Shown piece after piece: positions 36,021 to 50,124 of a stretch of 64,000 nt of DNA. The stretch lies in assembly GCA_964016885.1 (NCBI GenBank), contig OZ024755.1:30938001-31002000 (forward strand), in the 5' to 3' direction. Position 1 is the first letter of the stretch. Each line of letters starts with the position of its first letter. The notes beneath the pieces were generated by a model. It worked only from the letters and a program-made list of their open reading frames with translations, ran no database searches and was not told the DNA's origin. The translations under genes were made by a program, and so were the position numbers. This DNA comes from Eledone cirrhosa (lineage: Eukaryota).

Positions 36021-39000
36021 CAGCAGACCCTCAGTTCAGGTGTTGCATGGCACTGCTATGAAAAGGGACAGGCCAGTTGGCCACAACGAACACTTCTCAC
36101 AGCAGAGACTCAGTTCAGGTGTTGCATGGCACTGCTATAAGAAGAGACAGGCCAGTTGGCCACACCGAACACTTCACACAGCAGACACTCAGTTCAGGTG
36201 TTGCATGGCACAGCTATAAGAAGAGACAGGCCAGTTGGCCACACCGAACACTTCACACAGCAGACACTCAGTTCAGGTGTTGCATGGCACAGCTATAAGA
36301 AGAGACAGGCCAGTTGGCCACACCGAACACTTCACACAGCAGACCCTCAGTTCAGGTGTTGCATGGCACTGCTATAAGAAGAGACAGGCCAGTTGGCCAC
36401 ACCAAACACTTCACACAGCAGACACTCAGTTCAGGTGTTGCATGGCACAGCTATAAGAAGAGACAGGCCAGTTGGCCACACCGAACACTTCACACAGCAG
36501 ACCCTCAGTTCAGGTGTTGCATGGCACAGCTATAAGAAGAGACAGGCCAGTTGGCCATACCGAACACTTCACACAGCAGACCCTCAGTTCAGGTGTTGCA
36601 TGGCACAGCTATAAGAAGAGACAGGCCAGTTGGCCACAAAGAACACTTCACACAGCAGACTCTGAGTTCAGGTGTTGCATGGCACAGCTATAAGAAGAGA
36701 CAGGCCAGTTGGCCACACCGAACACTTCACACAGCAGACCCTCAGTTCAGGTGTTGCATGGCACAGCTATAAGAAGAGACAGGCCAGTTGGCCACACCGA
36801 ACACTTCACACAGCAGACCCTCAGTTCAGGTGTTGCATGGCACAGCTATAAGAAGAGACAGGCCAGTTGGCCACACCGAACACTTCACACAGCAGACCCT
36901 CAGTTCAGGTGTTGCATGGCACAGCTATAAGAAGAGACAGGCCAGTTGGCCACACCGAACACTTCACACAGCAGACCCTCAGTTCAGGTGTTGCATGGCA
37001 CAGCTATAAGAAGAGACAGGCCAGTTGGCCACACCAAACACTTCACACAGCAGACTCTCAGTTCAGGTGTTGCATGGCACAGCTATAAGAAGAGACAGGC
37101 CAGTTGGCCGCACCGAACCCTTAACACAGCAGACTCTCAGTTCAGGTGTTGCATGGCACAGCTATAAGAAGAGACAGGCCAGTTGGCCACACCAAACACT
37201 TCACACAGCAGACCCTCAGTTCAGGTGTTGCATGGCACTGCTATAAGAGGAGACAGGCCAGTTGGCCACACCAAAAACTTCACACAGCAGACACTCAGTT
37301 CAGGTGTTGCATGGCACAGCTATAAGAAGAGACAGGCCAGTTGGCCACACCGAACACTTCACACAGCAGACTCTCAGTTCAGGTGTTGCATGGCACTGCT
37401 ATAAGAGGAGACAGGCCAGTTGGCCACACCAAACACTTCACACAGCAGACCCTCAGTTCAGGTGTTGCATGGCACAGCTATAAGAAGAGACAGGCCAGTT
37501 GGCCACACCAAACACTTCACACAGCAGACCCCCAGTTCAGGTGTTGCATGGCACAGCTATAAGAAGAGACAGGCCAGTTGGCCACACCGAACACTTCACA
37601 CAGCAGACCCTCAGTTCAGGTGTTGCATGGCACAGCTATAAGAAGAGACAGGCCGGTTGGCCACACCAAACACTTCACACAGCAGACCCTCAGTTCAGGT
37701 GTTGCATGGCACAGCTATAAGAAGAGACAGGCCAGTTGGCCACACCAAACACTTCACACAACAGACCCTCAGTTCAGGTGTTGCATGGCACAGCTATAAG
37801 AGGAGACAGGCCAGTTGGCCACACCAAACACTTCACACAGCAGACCCTCAGTTCAGGTGTTGCATGGCACTGCTATAAGAGGAGACAGGCCAGTTGGCCA
37901 CACCAAACACTTCACACAGCAGACCCTCAGTTCAGGTGTTGCATGGCACAGCTATAAGAAGAGACAAGCCAGTTGGCCACACCGAACACTTCACACAGCA
38001 GACCCTCAGTTCAGGTGTTGCATGGCACAGCTATAAGAGGAGACAGGCCAGTTGGCCACACCAAACACTTCACACAGCAGACCCTCAGTTCAGGTGTTGC
38101 ATGGCACTGCTATAAGAGGAGACAGGCCAGTTGGCCACACCAAACACTTCACACAGCAGACCCTCAGTTCAGGTGTTGCATGGCACTGCTATAAGAGGAG
38201 ACAGGCCAGTTGGCCACACCAAACACTTCACACAGCAGACCCTCAGTTCAGGTGTTGCATGGCACTGCTATAAGAGGAGACAGGCCAGTTGGCCACACCA
38301 AACACTTCACACAGCAGACCCTCAGTTCAGGTGTTGCATGGCACTGCTATAAGAGGAGACAGGCCAGTTGGCCACACCAAACACTTCATACAGCAGACCC
38401 TCAGTTCAGGTGTTGCATGGCACAGCTATAAGAAGAGACAAGCCAGTTGGCCACACCGAACACTTCACACAGCAGACCCTCAGTTCAGGTGTTGCATGGC
38501 ACAGCTATAAGAAGAGACAGGCCAGTTGGCCACACCGAACACTTCACACAGCAGACCCTCAGTTCAGGTGTTGCATGGCACTGCTATAAGAGGAGACAGG
38601 CCAGTTGGCCACACCGAACACTTCACACAGCAGACCCTCAGTTCAGGTGTTGCATGGCACAGCTATAAGAAGAGACAGGCCAGTTGGCCACACCGAACAC
38701 TTCACACAGCAGACCCTCAGTTCAGGTGTTGCATGGCACTGCTATAAGAGGAGACAGGCCAGTTGGCCACACCAAACACTTCACACAGCAGACCCTCAGT
38801 TCAGGTGTTGCATGGCACAGCTATAAGAAAAGACAGGCCAGTTGGCCACACCAAACACTTCACACAGCAGACCCTCAGTTCAGGTGTTGCATGGCACTGC
38901 TATAAGAGGAGACAGGCCAGTTGGCCACACCAAACACTTCACACAGCAGACCCTCAGTTCAGGTGTTGCATGGCACAGCTATAAGAAGAGACAGGCCAGT

Positions 39001-42000
39001 TGGCCACACCAAACACTTCACACAGCAGACCCTCAGTTCAGGTGTTGCATGGCACAGCTATAAGAGGAGACAGGCCAGTTGGCCACACCAAACACTTCAC
39101 ACAGCAGACCCTCAGTTCAGGTGTTGCATGGCACAGCTATAAGAAGAGACAAGCCAGTTGGCCACACTGAACACTTCACACAGCAGACCCTCAGTTCAGG
39201 TGCTGCATGGCACTGCTATAAGAGGAGACAGGCCAGTTGGCCACACCAAACACTTCACACAGCAGACCCTCAGTTCAGGTGTTGCATGGCACAGCTATAA
39301 GAAGAGACAAGCCAGTTGGCCACACCGAACACTTCACACAGCAGACCCTCAGTTCAGGTGTTGCATGGCACAGCTATAAGAGGAGACAGGCCAGTTGGCC
39401 ACACCAAACACTTCACACAGCAGACCCTCAGTTCAGGTGTTGCATGGCACAGCTATAAGAAGAGACAAGCCAGTTGGCCACACTGAACACTTCACACAGC
39501 AGACCCTCAGTTCAGGTGCTGCATGGCACTGCTATAAGAGGAGACAGGCCAGTTGGCCACACCAAACACTTCACACAGCAGACCCTCAGTTCAGGTGTTG
39601 CATGGCACAGCTATAAGAAGAGACAAGCCAGTTGGCCACACCGAACACTTCACACAGCAGACCCTCAGTTCAGGTGTTGCATGGCACAGCTATAAGAGGA
39701 GACAGGCCAGTTGGCCACACCAAACACTTCACACAGCAGACCCTCAGTTCAGGTGTTGCATGGCACTGCTATAAGAGGAGACAGGCCAGTTGGCCACACC
39801 AAACACTTCACACAGCAGACCCTCAGTTCAGGTGTTGCATGGCACTGCTATAAGAGGAGACAGGCCAGTTGGCCACACCAAACACTTCACACAGCAGACC
39901 CTCAGTTCAGGTGTTGCATGGCACAGCTATAAGAAAAGACAGGCCAGTTGGCCACACCAAACACTTCACACAGCAGACCCTCAGTTCAGGTGTTGCATGG
40001 CACAGCTATAAGAAGAGACAGGCCAGTTGGCCACACCAAACACTTCACACAGCAGACCCTCAGATCAGGTGTTGCATGGCACAGCTATAAGAAGAGACAG
40101 GCCAGTTGGCCACACCAAACACTTCACACAGCAGACCCTCAGTTCAGGTGTTGCATGGCACAGCTATAAGAGGAGACAGGCCAGTTGGCCACACCAAACA
40201 CTTCACACAGCAGACCCTCAGTTCAGGTGTTGCATGGCACAGCTATAAGAAGAGACAAGCCAGTTGGCCACACTGAACACTTCACACAGCAGACCCTCAG
40301 TTCAGGTGCTGCATGGCACTGCTATAAGAGGAGACAGGCCAGTTGGCCACACCAAACACTTCACACAGCAGACCCTCAGTTCAGGTGTTGCATGGCACAG
40401 CTATAAGAAGAGACAAGCCAGTTGGCCACACCGAACACTTCACACAGCAGACCCTCAGTTCAGGTGTTGCATGGCACAGCTATAAGAGGAGACAGGCCAG
40501 TTGGCCACACCAAACACTTCACACAGCAGACCCTCAGTTCAGGTGTTGCATGGCACAGCTATAAGAAGAGACAAGCCAGTTGGCCACACTGAACACTTCA
40601 CACAGCAGACCCTCAGTTCAGGTGCTGCATGGCACTGCTATAAGAGGAGACAGGCCAGTTGGCCACACCAAACACTTCACACAGCAGACCCTCAGTTCAG
40701 GTGTTGCATGGCACAGCTATAAGAAGAGACAAGCCAGTTGGCCACACCGAACACTTCACACAGCAGACCCTCAGTTCAGGTGTTGCATGGCACAGCTATA
40801 AGAGGAGACAGGCCAGTTGGCCACACCAAACACTTCACACAGCAGACCCTCAGTTCAGGTGTTGCATGGCACTGCTATAAGAGGAGACAGGCCAGTTGGC
40901 CACACCAAACACTTCACACAGCAGACCCTCAGTTCAGGTGTTGCATGGCACTGCTATAAGAGGAGACAGGCCAGTTGGCCACACCAAACACTTCACACAG
41001 CAGACCCTCAGTTCAGGTGTTGCATGGCACAGCTATAAGAAAAGACAGGCCAGTTGGCCACACCAAACACTTCACACAGCAGACCCTCAGTTCAGGTGTT
41101 GCATGGCACAGCTATAAGAAGAGACAGGCCAGTTGGCCACACCGAACACTTCACACAGCAGACTCTCAGTTCAGGTGTTGCATGAAACAGCTATAAGAAG
41201 AGACAGGCCAGTTGGCCACACCGAACACTTCACACAGCAGATTCTCAGTTCAGGTGTTGCATGGCACAGCTATAAGAAGAGACAGGCCAGTTGGCCACAC
41301 CGAACACTTCACAAAGCAGACTCTCAGTTCAGGTGTTGCATGGCACAGCTATAAGAAGAGACAGGCCAGTTGGCCACACCGAACACTTCACACAGCAGAC
41401 CCTCAGTTCAGGTGTTGCATGGCATAGCTATAAGAAGAGACAGGCCAGTTGGCCACACCGAACACTTCACACAGCAGACTCTCAGTTCAGGTGTTGCATG
41501 GCACAGCTATAAGAAGAGACAAGCCAGTTGGCCACACCGAACACTTCACACAGCAGACCCTCAGTTCAGGTGTTGCATGGCATAGCTATAAGAAGAGACA
41601 GGCCAGTTGGCCACACCGAACGCTTCACACAGCAGACTCTCAGTTCAGGTGTTGCATGGCACAGCTATAAGAAGAGACAAGCCAGTTGGCCACACCGAAC
41701 GCTTCACACAGCAGACTCTCAGTTCAGGTGTTGCATGGCACAGCTATAAGAAGAGACAGGCCAGTTGGCCACACCGAACACTTCACACAGCAGACCCTCA
41801 GTTCAGGTGTTGCATGGCACAGCTATAAGAAGAGACAGGCCAGTTGGCCACACCGAACACTTCACACAGCAGACCCTCAGTTCAGGTGTTGCATGGCACA
41901 GCTATAAGAAGAGACAGGCCAGTTGGCCACACCGAACGCTTCACACAGCAGACCCTCAGTTCAGGTGTTGCATGGCACAGCTATAAGAAGAGACAAGCCA

Positions 42001-45000
42001 GTTGGCCACACCGAACACTTCACACAGCAGACCCTCAGTTCAGGTGTTGCATGGCACAGCTATAAGAAGAGACAGGCCAGTTGGCCACACCGAACACTTC
42101 ACACAGCAGACCCTCAGTTCAGGTGTTGCATGGCACAGCTATAAGAAGAGACAGGCCAGTTGGCCATACCAAACACTTCACACAGCAGACCCTCAGTTCA
42201 GGTGTTGCATGGCACAGCTATAAGAAGAGACAGGCCAGTTGGCCACACCGAACACTTCACACAGCAGACCCTCAGTTCAGGTGTTGCATGGCACAGCTAT
42301 AAGAAGAGACAGGCCAGTTGGCCATACCAAACACTTCACACAGCAGACCCTCAGTTCAGGTGTTGCATGGCACAGCTATAAGAAGAGACAGGCCAGTTGG
42401 CCACACCGAACACTTCACACAGCAGACCCTCAGTTCAGGTGTTGCATGGCACAGCTATAAGAAGAGACAGGCCAGTTGGCCACACCGAACACTTCACACA
42501 GCAGACACTCAGTTCAGGTGTTGCATGGCACAGCTATAAGAAGAGACAGGCCAGTTGGCCATACCAAACACTTCACACAGCAGACCCTCAGTTCAGGTGT
42601 TGCATGGCACAGCTATAAGAAGAGACAGGCCAGTTGGCCACACCGAACACTTCACACAGCAGACACTCAGTTCAGGTGTTGCATGGCACAGCTATAAGAA
42701 GAGACAGGCCAGTTGGCCATACCAAACACTTCACACAGCAGACCCTCAGTTCAGGTGTTGCATGGCACAGCTATAAGAAGAGACAGGCCAGTTGGCCACA
42801 CCGAACACTTCACACAGCAGACCCTCAGTTCAGGTGTTGCATGGCACAGCTATAAGAAGAGACAGGCCAGTTGGCCACACCGAACACTTCACACAGCAGA
42901 CACTCAGTTCAGGTGTTGCATGGCACAGCTATAAGAAGAGACAGGCCAGTTGGCCATACCAAACACTTCACACAGCAGACCCTCAGTTCAGGTGTTGCAT
43001 GGCACAGCTATAAGAAGAGACAGGCCAGTTGGCCACACCGAACACTTCACACAGCAGACCCTCAGTTCAGGTGTTGCATGGCACAGCTATAAGAAGAGAC
43101 AGGCCAGTTGGCCACACCGAACACTTCACACAGCAGACCCTCAGTTCAGGTGTTGCATGGCACAGCTATAAGAGGAGACAGGCCAGTTGGCCACACCAAA
43201 CACTTCACACAGCAGACCCTCAGTTCAGGTGTTGCATGGCACTGCTATAAGAGGAGACAGGCCAGTTGGCCACACCAAACACTTCACACAGCAGACCCTC
43301 AGTTCAGGTGTTGCATGGCACTGCTATAAGAGGAGACAGGCCAGTTGGCCACACCAAACACTTCATACAGCAGACCCTCAGTTCAGGTGTTGCATGGCAC
43401 AGCTATAAGAAGAGACAAGCCAGTTGGCCACACCGAACACTTCACACAGCAGACCCTCAGTTCAGGTGTTGCATGGCACAGCTATAAGAAGAGACAGGCC
43501 AGTTGGCCACACCGAACACTTCACACAGTAGACCCTCAGTTCAGGTGTTGCATGGCACTGCTATAAGAGGAGACAGGCCAGTTGGCCACACCGAACACTT
43601 CACACAGCAGACCCTCAGTTCAGGTGTTGCATGGCACAGCTATAAGAAGAGACAGGCCAGTTGGCCACACCGAACACTTCACACAGCAGACCCTCAGTTC
43701 AGGTGTTGCATGGCACTGCTATAAGAGGAGACAGGCCAGTTGGCCACACCAAACACTTCACACAGCAGACCCTCAGTTCAGGTGTTGCATGGCACAGCTA
43801 TAAGAAAAGACAGGCCAGTTGGCCACACCAAACACTTCACACAGCAGACCCTCAGTTCAGGTGTTGCATGGCACTGCTATAAGAGGAGACAGGCCAGTTG
43901 GCCACACCAAACACTTCACACAGCAGACCCTCAGTTCAGGTGTTGCATGGCACAGCTATAAGAAGAGACAGGCCAGTTGGCCACACCAAACACTTCACAC
44001 AGCAGACCCTCAGTTCAGGTGTTGCATGGCACAGCTATAAGAGGAGACAGGCCAGTTGGCCACACCAAACACTTCACACAGCAGACCCTCAGTTCAGGTG
44101 TTGCATGGCACAGCTATAAGAAGAGACAAGCCAGTTGGCCACACTGAACACTTCACACAGCAGACCCTCAGTTCAGGTGCTGCATGGCACTGCTATAAGA
44201 GGAGACAGGCCAGTTGGCCACACCAAACACTTCACACAGCAGACCCTCAGTTCAGGTGTTGCATGGCACAGCTATAAGAAGAGACAAGCCAGTTGGCCAC
44301 ACCGAACACTTCACACAGCAGACCCTCAGTTCAGGTGTTGCATGGCACAGCTATAAGAGGAGACAGGCCAGTTGGCCACACCAAACACTTCACACAGCAG
44401 ACCCTCAGTTCAGGTGTTGCATGGCACAGCTATAAGAAGAGACAAGCCAGTTGGCCACACTGAACACTTCACACAGCAGACCCTCAGTTCAGGTGCTGCA
44501 TGGCACTGCTATAAGAGGAGACAGGCCAGTTGGCCACACCAAACACTTCACACAGCAGACCCTCAGTTCAGGTGTTGCATGGCACAGCTATAAGAAGAGA
44601 CAAGCCAGTTGGCCACACCGAACACTTCACACAGCAGACCCTCAGTTCAGGTGTTGCATGGCACAGCTATAAGAGGAGACAGGCCAGTTGGCCACACCAA
44701 ACACTTCACACAGCAGACCCTCAGTTCAGGTGTTGCATGGCACTGCTATAAGAGGAGACAGGCCAGTTGGCCACACCAAACACTTCACACAGCAGACCCT
44801 CAGTTCAGGTGTTGCATGGCACTGCTATAAGAGGAGACAGGCCAGTTGGCCACACCAAACACTTCACACAGCAGACCCTCAGTTCAGGTGTTGCATGGCA
44901 CAGCTATAAGAAAAGACAGGCCAGTTGGCCACACCAAACACTTCACACAGCAGACCCTCAGTTCAGGTGTTGCATGGCACAGCTATAAGAAGAGACAGGC

Positions 45001-48000
45001 CAGTTGGCCACACCGAACACTTCACACAGCAGACTCTCAGTTCAGGTGTTGCATGAAACAGCTATAAGAAGAGACAGGCCAGTTGGCCACACCGAACACT
45101 TCACACAGCAGATTCTCAGTTCAGGTGTTGCATGGCACAGCTATAAGAAGAGACAGGCCAGTTGGCCACACCGAACACTTCACAAAGCAGACTCTCAGTT
45201 CAGGTGTTGCATGGCACAGCTATAAGAAGAGACAGGCCAGTTGGCCACACCGAACACTTCACACAGCAGACCCTCAGTTCAGGTGTTGCATGGCATAGCT
45301 ATAAGAAGAGACAGGCCAGTTGGCCACACCGAACACTTCACACAGCAGACTCTCAGTTCAGGTGTTGCATGGCACAGCTATAAGAAGAGACAAGCCAGTT
45401 GGCCACACCGAACACTTCACACAGCAGACCCTCAGTTCAGGTGTTGCATGGCATAGCTATAAGAAGAGACAGGCCAGTTGGCCACACCGAACGCTTCACA
45501 CAGCAGACTCTCAGTTCAGGTGTTGCATGGCACAGCTATAAGAAGAGACAAGCCAGTTGGCCACACCGAACGCTTCACACAGCAGACTCTCAGTTCAGGT
45601 GTTGCATGGCACAGCTATAAGAAGAGACAGGCCAGTTGGCCACACCGAACACTTCACACAGCAGACCCTCAGTTCAGGTGTTGCATGGCACAGCTATAAG
45701 AAGAGACAGGCCAGTTGGCCACACCGAACACTTCACACAGCAGACCCTCAGTTCAGGTGTTGCATGGCACAGCTATAAGAAGAGACAGGCCAGTTGGCCA
45801 CACCGAACGCTTCACACAGCAGACCCTCAGTTCAGGTGTTGCATGGCACAGCTATAAGAAGAGACAAGCCAGTTGGCCACACCGAACACTTCACACAGCA
45901 GACCCTCAGTTCAGGTGTTGCATGGCACAGCTATAAGAAGAGACAGGCCAGTTGGCCACACCGAACACTTCACACAGCAGACCCTCAGTTCAGGTGTTGC
46001 ATGGCACAGCTATAAGAAGAGACAGGCCAGTTGGCCATACCAAACACTTCACACAGCAGACCCTCAGTTCAGGTGTTGCATGGCACAGCTATAAGAAGAG
46101 ACAGGCCAGTTGGCCACACCGAACACTTCACACAGCAGACCCTCAGTTCAGGTGTTGCATGGCACAGCTATAAGAAGAGACAGGCCAGTTGGCCATACCA
46201 AACACTTCACACAGCAGACCCTCAGTTCAGGTGTTGCATGGCACAGCTATAAGAAGAGACAGGCCAGTTGGCCACACCAAACACTTCACACAGCAGACCC
46301 TCAGTTCAGGTGTTGCATGGCACAGCTATAAGAAGAGACAGGCCAGTTGGCCACACCGAACACTTCACACAGCAGACACTCAGTTCAGGTGTTGCATGGC
46401 ACAGCTATAAGAAGAGACAGGCCAGTTGGCCATACCAAACACTTCACACAGCAGACCCTCAGTTCAGGTGTTGCATGGCACAGCTATAAGAAGAGACAGG
46501 CCAGTTGGCCACACCGAACACTTCACACAGCAGACACTCAGTTCAGGTGTTGCATGGCACAGCTATAAGAAGAGACAGGCCAGTTGGCCATACCAAACAC
46601 TTCACACAGCAGACCCTCAGTTCAGGTGTTGCATGGCACAGCTATAAGAAGAGACAGGCCAGTTGGCCACACCGAACACTTCACACAGCAGACCCTCAGT
46701 TCAGGTGTTGCATGGCACAGCTATAAGAAGAGACAGGCCAGTTGGCCACACCGAACACTTCACACAGCAGACACTCAGTTCAGGTGTTGCATGGCACAGC
46801 TATAAGAAGAGACAGGCCAGTTGGCCATACCAAACACTTCACACAGCAGACCCTCAGTTCAGGTGTTGCATGGCACAGCTATAAGAAGAGACAGGCCAGT
46901 TGGCCACACCGAACACTTCACACAGCAGACCCTCAGTTCAGGTGTTGCATGGCACAGCTATAAGAAGAGACAGGCCAGTTGGCCACACCGAACACTTCAC
47001 ACAGCAGACCCTCAGTTCAGGTGTTGCATGGCACAGCTATAAGAGGAGACAGGCCAGTTGGCCACACCAAACACTTCACACAGCAGACCCTCAGTTCAGG
47101 TGTTGCATGGCACTGCTATAAGAGGAGACAGGCCAGTTGGCCACACCGAACACTTCACACAGCAGACACTCAGTTCAGGTGTTGCATGGCACAGCTATAA
47201 GAAAAGACAGGCCAGTTGGCCACACCGAACACTTCACACAGCAGACCCTCAGTTCAGGTGTTGCATGGCACAGCTATAAGAAGAGACAGGCCAGTTGGCC
47301 ACACCGAACACTTCACACAGCAGACTCTCAGTTCAGGTGTTGCATGAAACAGCTATAAGAAGAGACAGGCCAGTTGGCCACACCGAACACTTCACACAGC
47401 AGATTCTCAGTTCAGGTGTTGCATGGCACAGCTATAAGAAGAGACAGGCCAGTTGGCCACACCGAACACTTCACAAAGCAGACTCTCAGTTCAGGTGTTG
47501 CATGGCACAGCTATAAGAAGAGACAGGCCAGTTGGCCACACCGAACACTTCACACAGCAGACTCTCAGTTCAGGTGTTGCATGAAACAGCTATAAGAAGA
47601 GACAGGCCAGTTGGCCACACCGAACACTTCACACAGCAGATTCTCAGTTCAGGTGTTGCATGGCACAGCTATAAGAAGAGACAGGCCAGTTGGCCACACC
47701 GAACACTTCACAAAGCAGACTCTCAGTTCAGGTGTTGCATGGCACAGCTATAAGAAGAGACAGGCCAGTTGGCCACACCGAACACTTCACACAGCAGACT
47801 CTCAGTTCAGGTGTTGCATGAAACAGCTATAAGAAGAGACAGGCCAGTTGGCCACACCGAACGCTTCACACAGCAGATTCTCAGTTCAGGTGTTGCATGG
47901 CACAGCTATAAGAAGAGACAGGCCAGTTGGCCACACCGAACACTTCACAAAGCAGACTCTCAGTTCAGGTGTTGCATGGCACAGCTATAAGAAGAGACAG

Positions 48001-49550
48001 GCCAGTTGGCCACACCGAACACTTCACACAGCAGACCCTCAGTTCAGGTGTTGCATGGCATAGCTATAAGAAGAGACAGGCCAGTTGGCCACACCGAACA
48101 CTTCACACAGCAGACTCTCAGTTCAGGTGTTGCATGGCACAGCTATAAGAAGAGACAAGCCAGTTGGCCACACCGAACACTTCACACAGCAGACCCTCAG
48201 TTCAGGTGTTGCATGGCATAGCTATAAGAAGAGACAGGCCAGTTGGCCACACCGAACGCTTCACACAGCAGACTCTCAGTTCAGGTGTTGCATGGCACAG
48301 CTATAAGAAGAGACAAGCCAGTTGCCCACACCGAACACTTCACACAGCAGACCCTCAGTTCAGGTGTTGCATGGCACAGCTATAAGAAGAGACAGGCCAG
48401 TTGGCCACACCGAACACTTCACACAGCAGACACTCAGTTCAGGTGTTGCATGGCACAGCTATAAGAAGAGACAGGCCAGTTGGCCATACCAAACACTTCA
48501 CACAGCAGACCCTCAGTTCAGGTGTTGCATGGCACAGCTATAAGAAGAGACAGGCCAGTTGGCCACACCGAACACTTCACACAGCAGACCCTCAGTTCAG
48601 GTGTTGCATGGCACAGCTATAAGAAGAGACAGGCCAGTTGGCCACACCGAACACTTCACACAGCAGACACTCAGTTCAGGTGTTGCATGGCACAGCTATA
48701 AGAAGAGACAGGCCAGTTGGCCATACCAAACACTTCACACAGCAGACCCTCAGTTCAGGTGTTGCATGGCACAGCTATAAGAAGAGACAGGCCAGTTGGC
48801 CACACCGAACACTTCACACAGCAGACCCTCAGTTCAGGTGTTGCATGGCACAGCTATAAGAAGAGACAGGCCAGTTGGCCACACCGAACACTTCACACAG
48901 CAGACACTCAGTTCAGGTGTTGCATGGCACAGCTATAAGAAGAGACAGGCCAGTTGGCCATACCAAACACTTCACACAGCAGACCCTCAGTTCAGGTGTT
49001 GCATGGCACAGCTATAAGAAGAGACAGGCCAGTTGGCCACACCGAACACTTCACACAGCAGACCCTCAGTTCAGGTGTTGCATGGCACAGCTATAAGAAG
49101 AGACAGGCCAGTTGGCCACACCGAACACTTCACACAGCAGACACTCAGTTCAGGTGTTGCATGGCACAGCTATAAGAAGAGACAGGCCAGTTGGCCATAC
49201 CAAACACTTCACACAGCAGACCCTCAGTTCAGGTGTTGCATGGCACAGCTATAAGAAGAGACAGGCCAGTTGGCCACACCGAACACTTCACACAGCAGAC
49301 CCTCAGTTCAGGTGTTGCATGGCACAGCTATAAGAAGAGACAGGCCAGTTGGCCACACCGAACACTTCACACAGCAGACACTCAGTTCAGGTGTTGCATG
49401 GCACAGCTATAAGAAGAGACAGGCCAGTTGGCCATACCAAACACTTCACACAGCAGACCCTCAGTTCAGGTGTTGCATGGCACAGCTATAAGAAGAGACA
49501 GGCCAGTTGGCCACACCGAACACTTCACACAGCAGACCCTCAATTCAGGT
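36021..49550. repeat. 79-bp satellite array (~171 copies) inside the 19.5-kb ADHFE1 intron
   Basis: Unit CTCAGTTCAGGTGTTGCATGGCACAGCTATAAGAAGAGACAGGCCAGTTGGCCACACCGAACACTTCACACAGCAGACC. Exact 79-bp periodicity: 49349-36077 = 168x79. Confidence 0.99.
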
Positions 49551-49714
49551 ATAATCTTACAAGTATATATATGTTTGCCATTATAGTGTAACAGTAGGTA
49601 AATAAATTAAAATGTATAAATAGGAATCCCGATGTAAATCAGGAGGTGACTACTGTTAAAGAAGGTACTCAGTACATTAGTAGAGTATATGTATGTTCAT
49701 TTTATTATACACTA

Positions 49715-50110
49715 GCGGCTCTACCTGGAGTGACTCTCTCATCTCTAAGCTATACACTCTATCGAGTAACATTACCCCAAAGACCCTTTGGAGGAACCCC
49801 ATTTCGGCCACTTGTATTCGTAATCGCATTCTTTCGGTCATTACCCAAGATTCATGACCATAGGTAAGGGTTGGCACTAATACCGAATTGAAGATAGCGA
49901 GTTTGGATTTTACACCCACCTCCCTTCTTTTGATTACCAAATGCTGAAGCTGGCACATTACTGCACCAAATCCTGCAATTCTTGCACTTAATTCAGCCTT
50001 CTGCCTTCCATTACTTGTGAACACGGCCTGGGATACTATAACTTCTCTACCTGCTTCAGTGGAAATCCATTAAAATATAGAGTGCATTGAGCAGGCTTCC
50101 TTGAGATACA
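49715..50110 (-). mobile_element. RTE LINE fragment
   Basis: The ORF AELSARIAGFGAVM...VPTLTYGHESW is homologous to the 13601 copy. Confidence 0.85.
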
Positions 50111-50124
50111 ACATTTTTTTACAT

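Noticed and set aside
36021-49550. CRISPR-like array
   Set aside because: Whole units repeat with only point variants. There are no unique spacers, no cas genes, and the context is eukaryotic.
35935-49591. Well over 100 near-identical 73-aa ORFs (MATPNTSHSR...)
   Set aside because: Artefact of the 79-bp period. The starts are TTG codons, each unit contains a TAA, and the array lies antisense within an intron of a eukaryotic gene.
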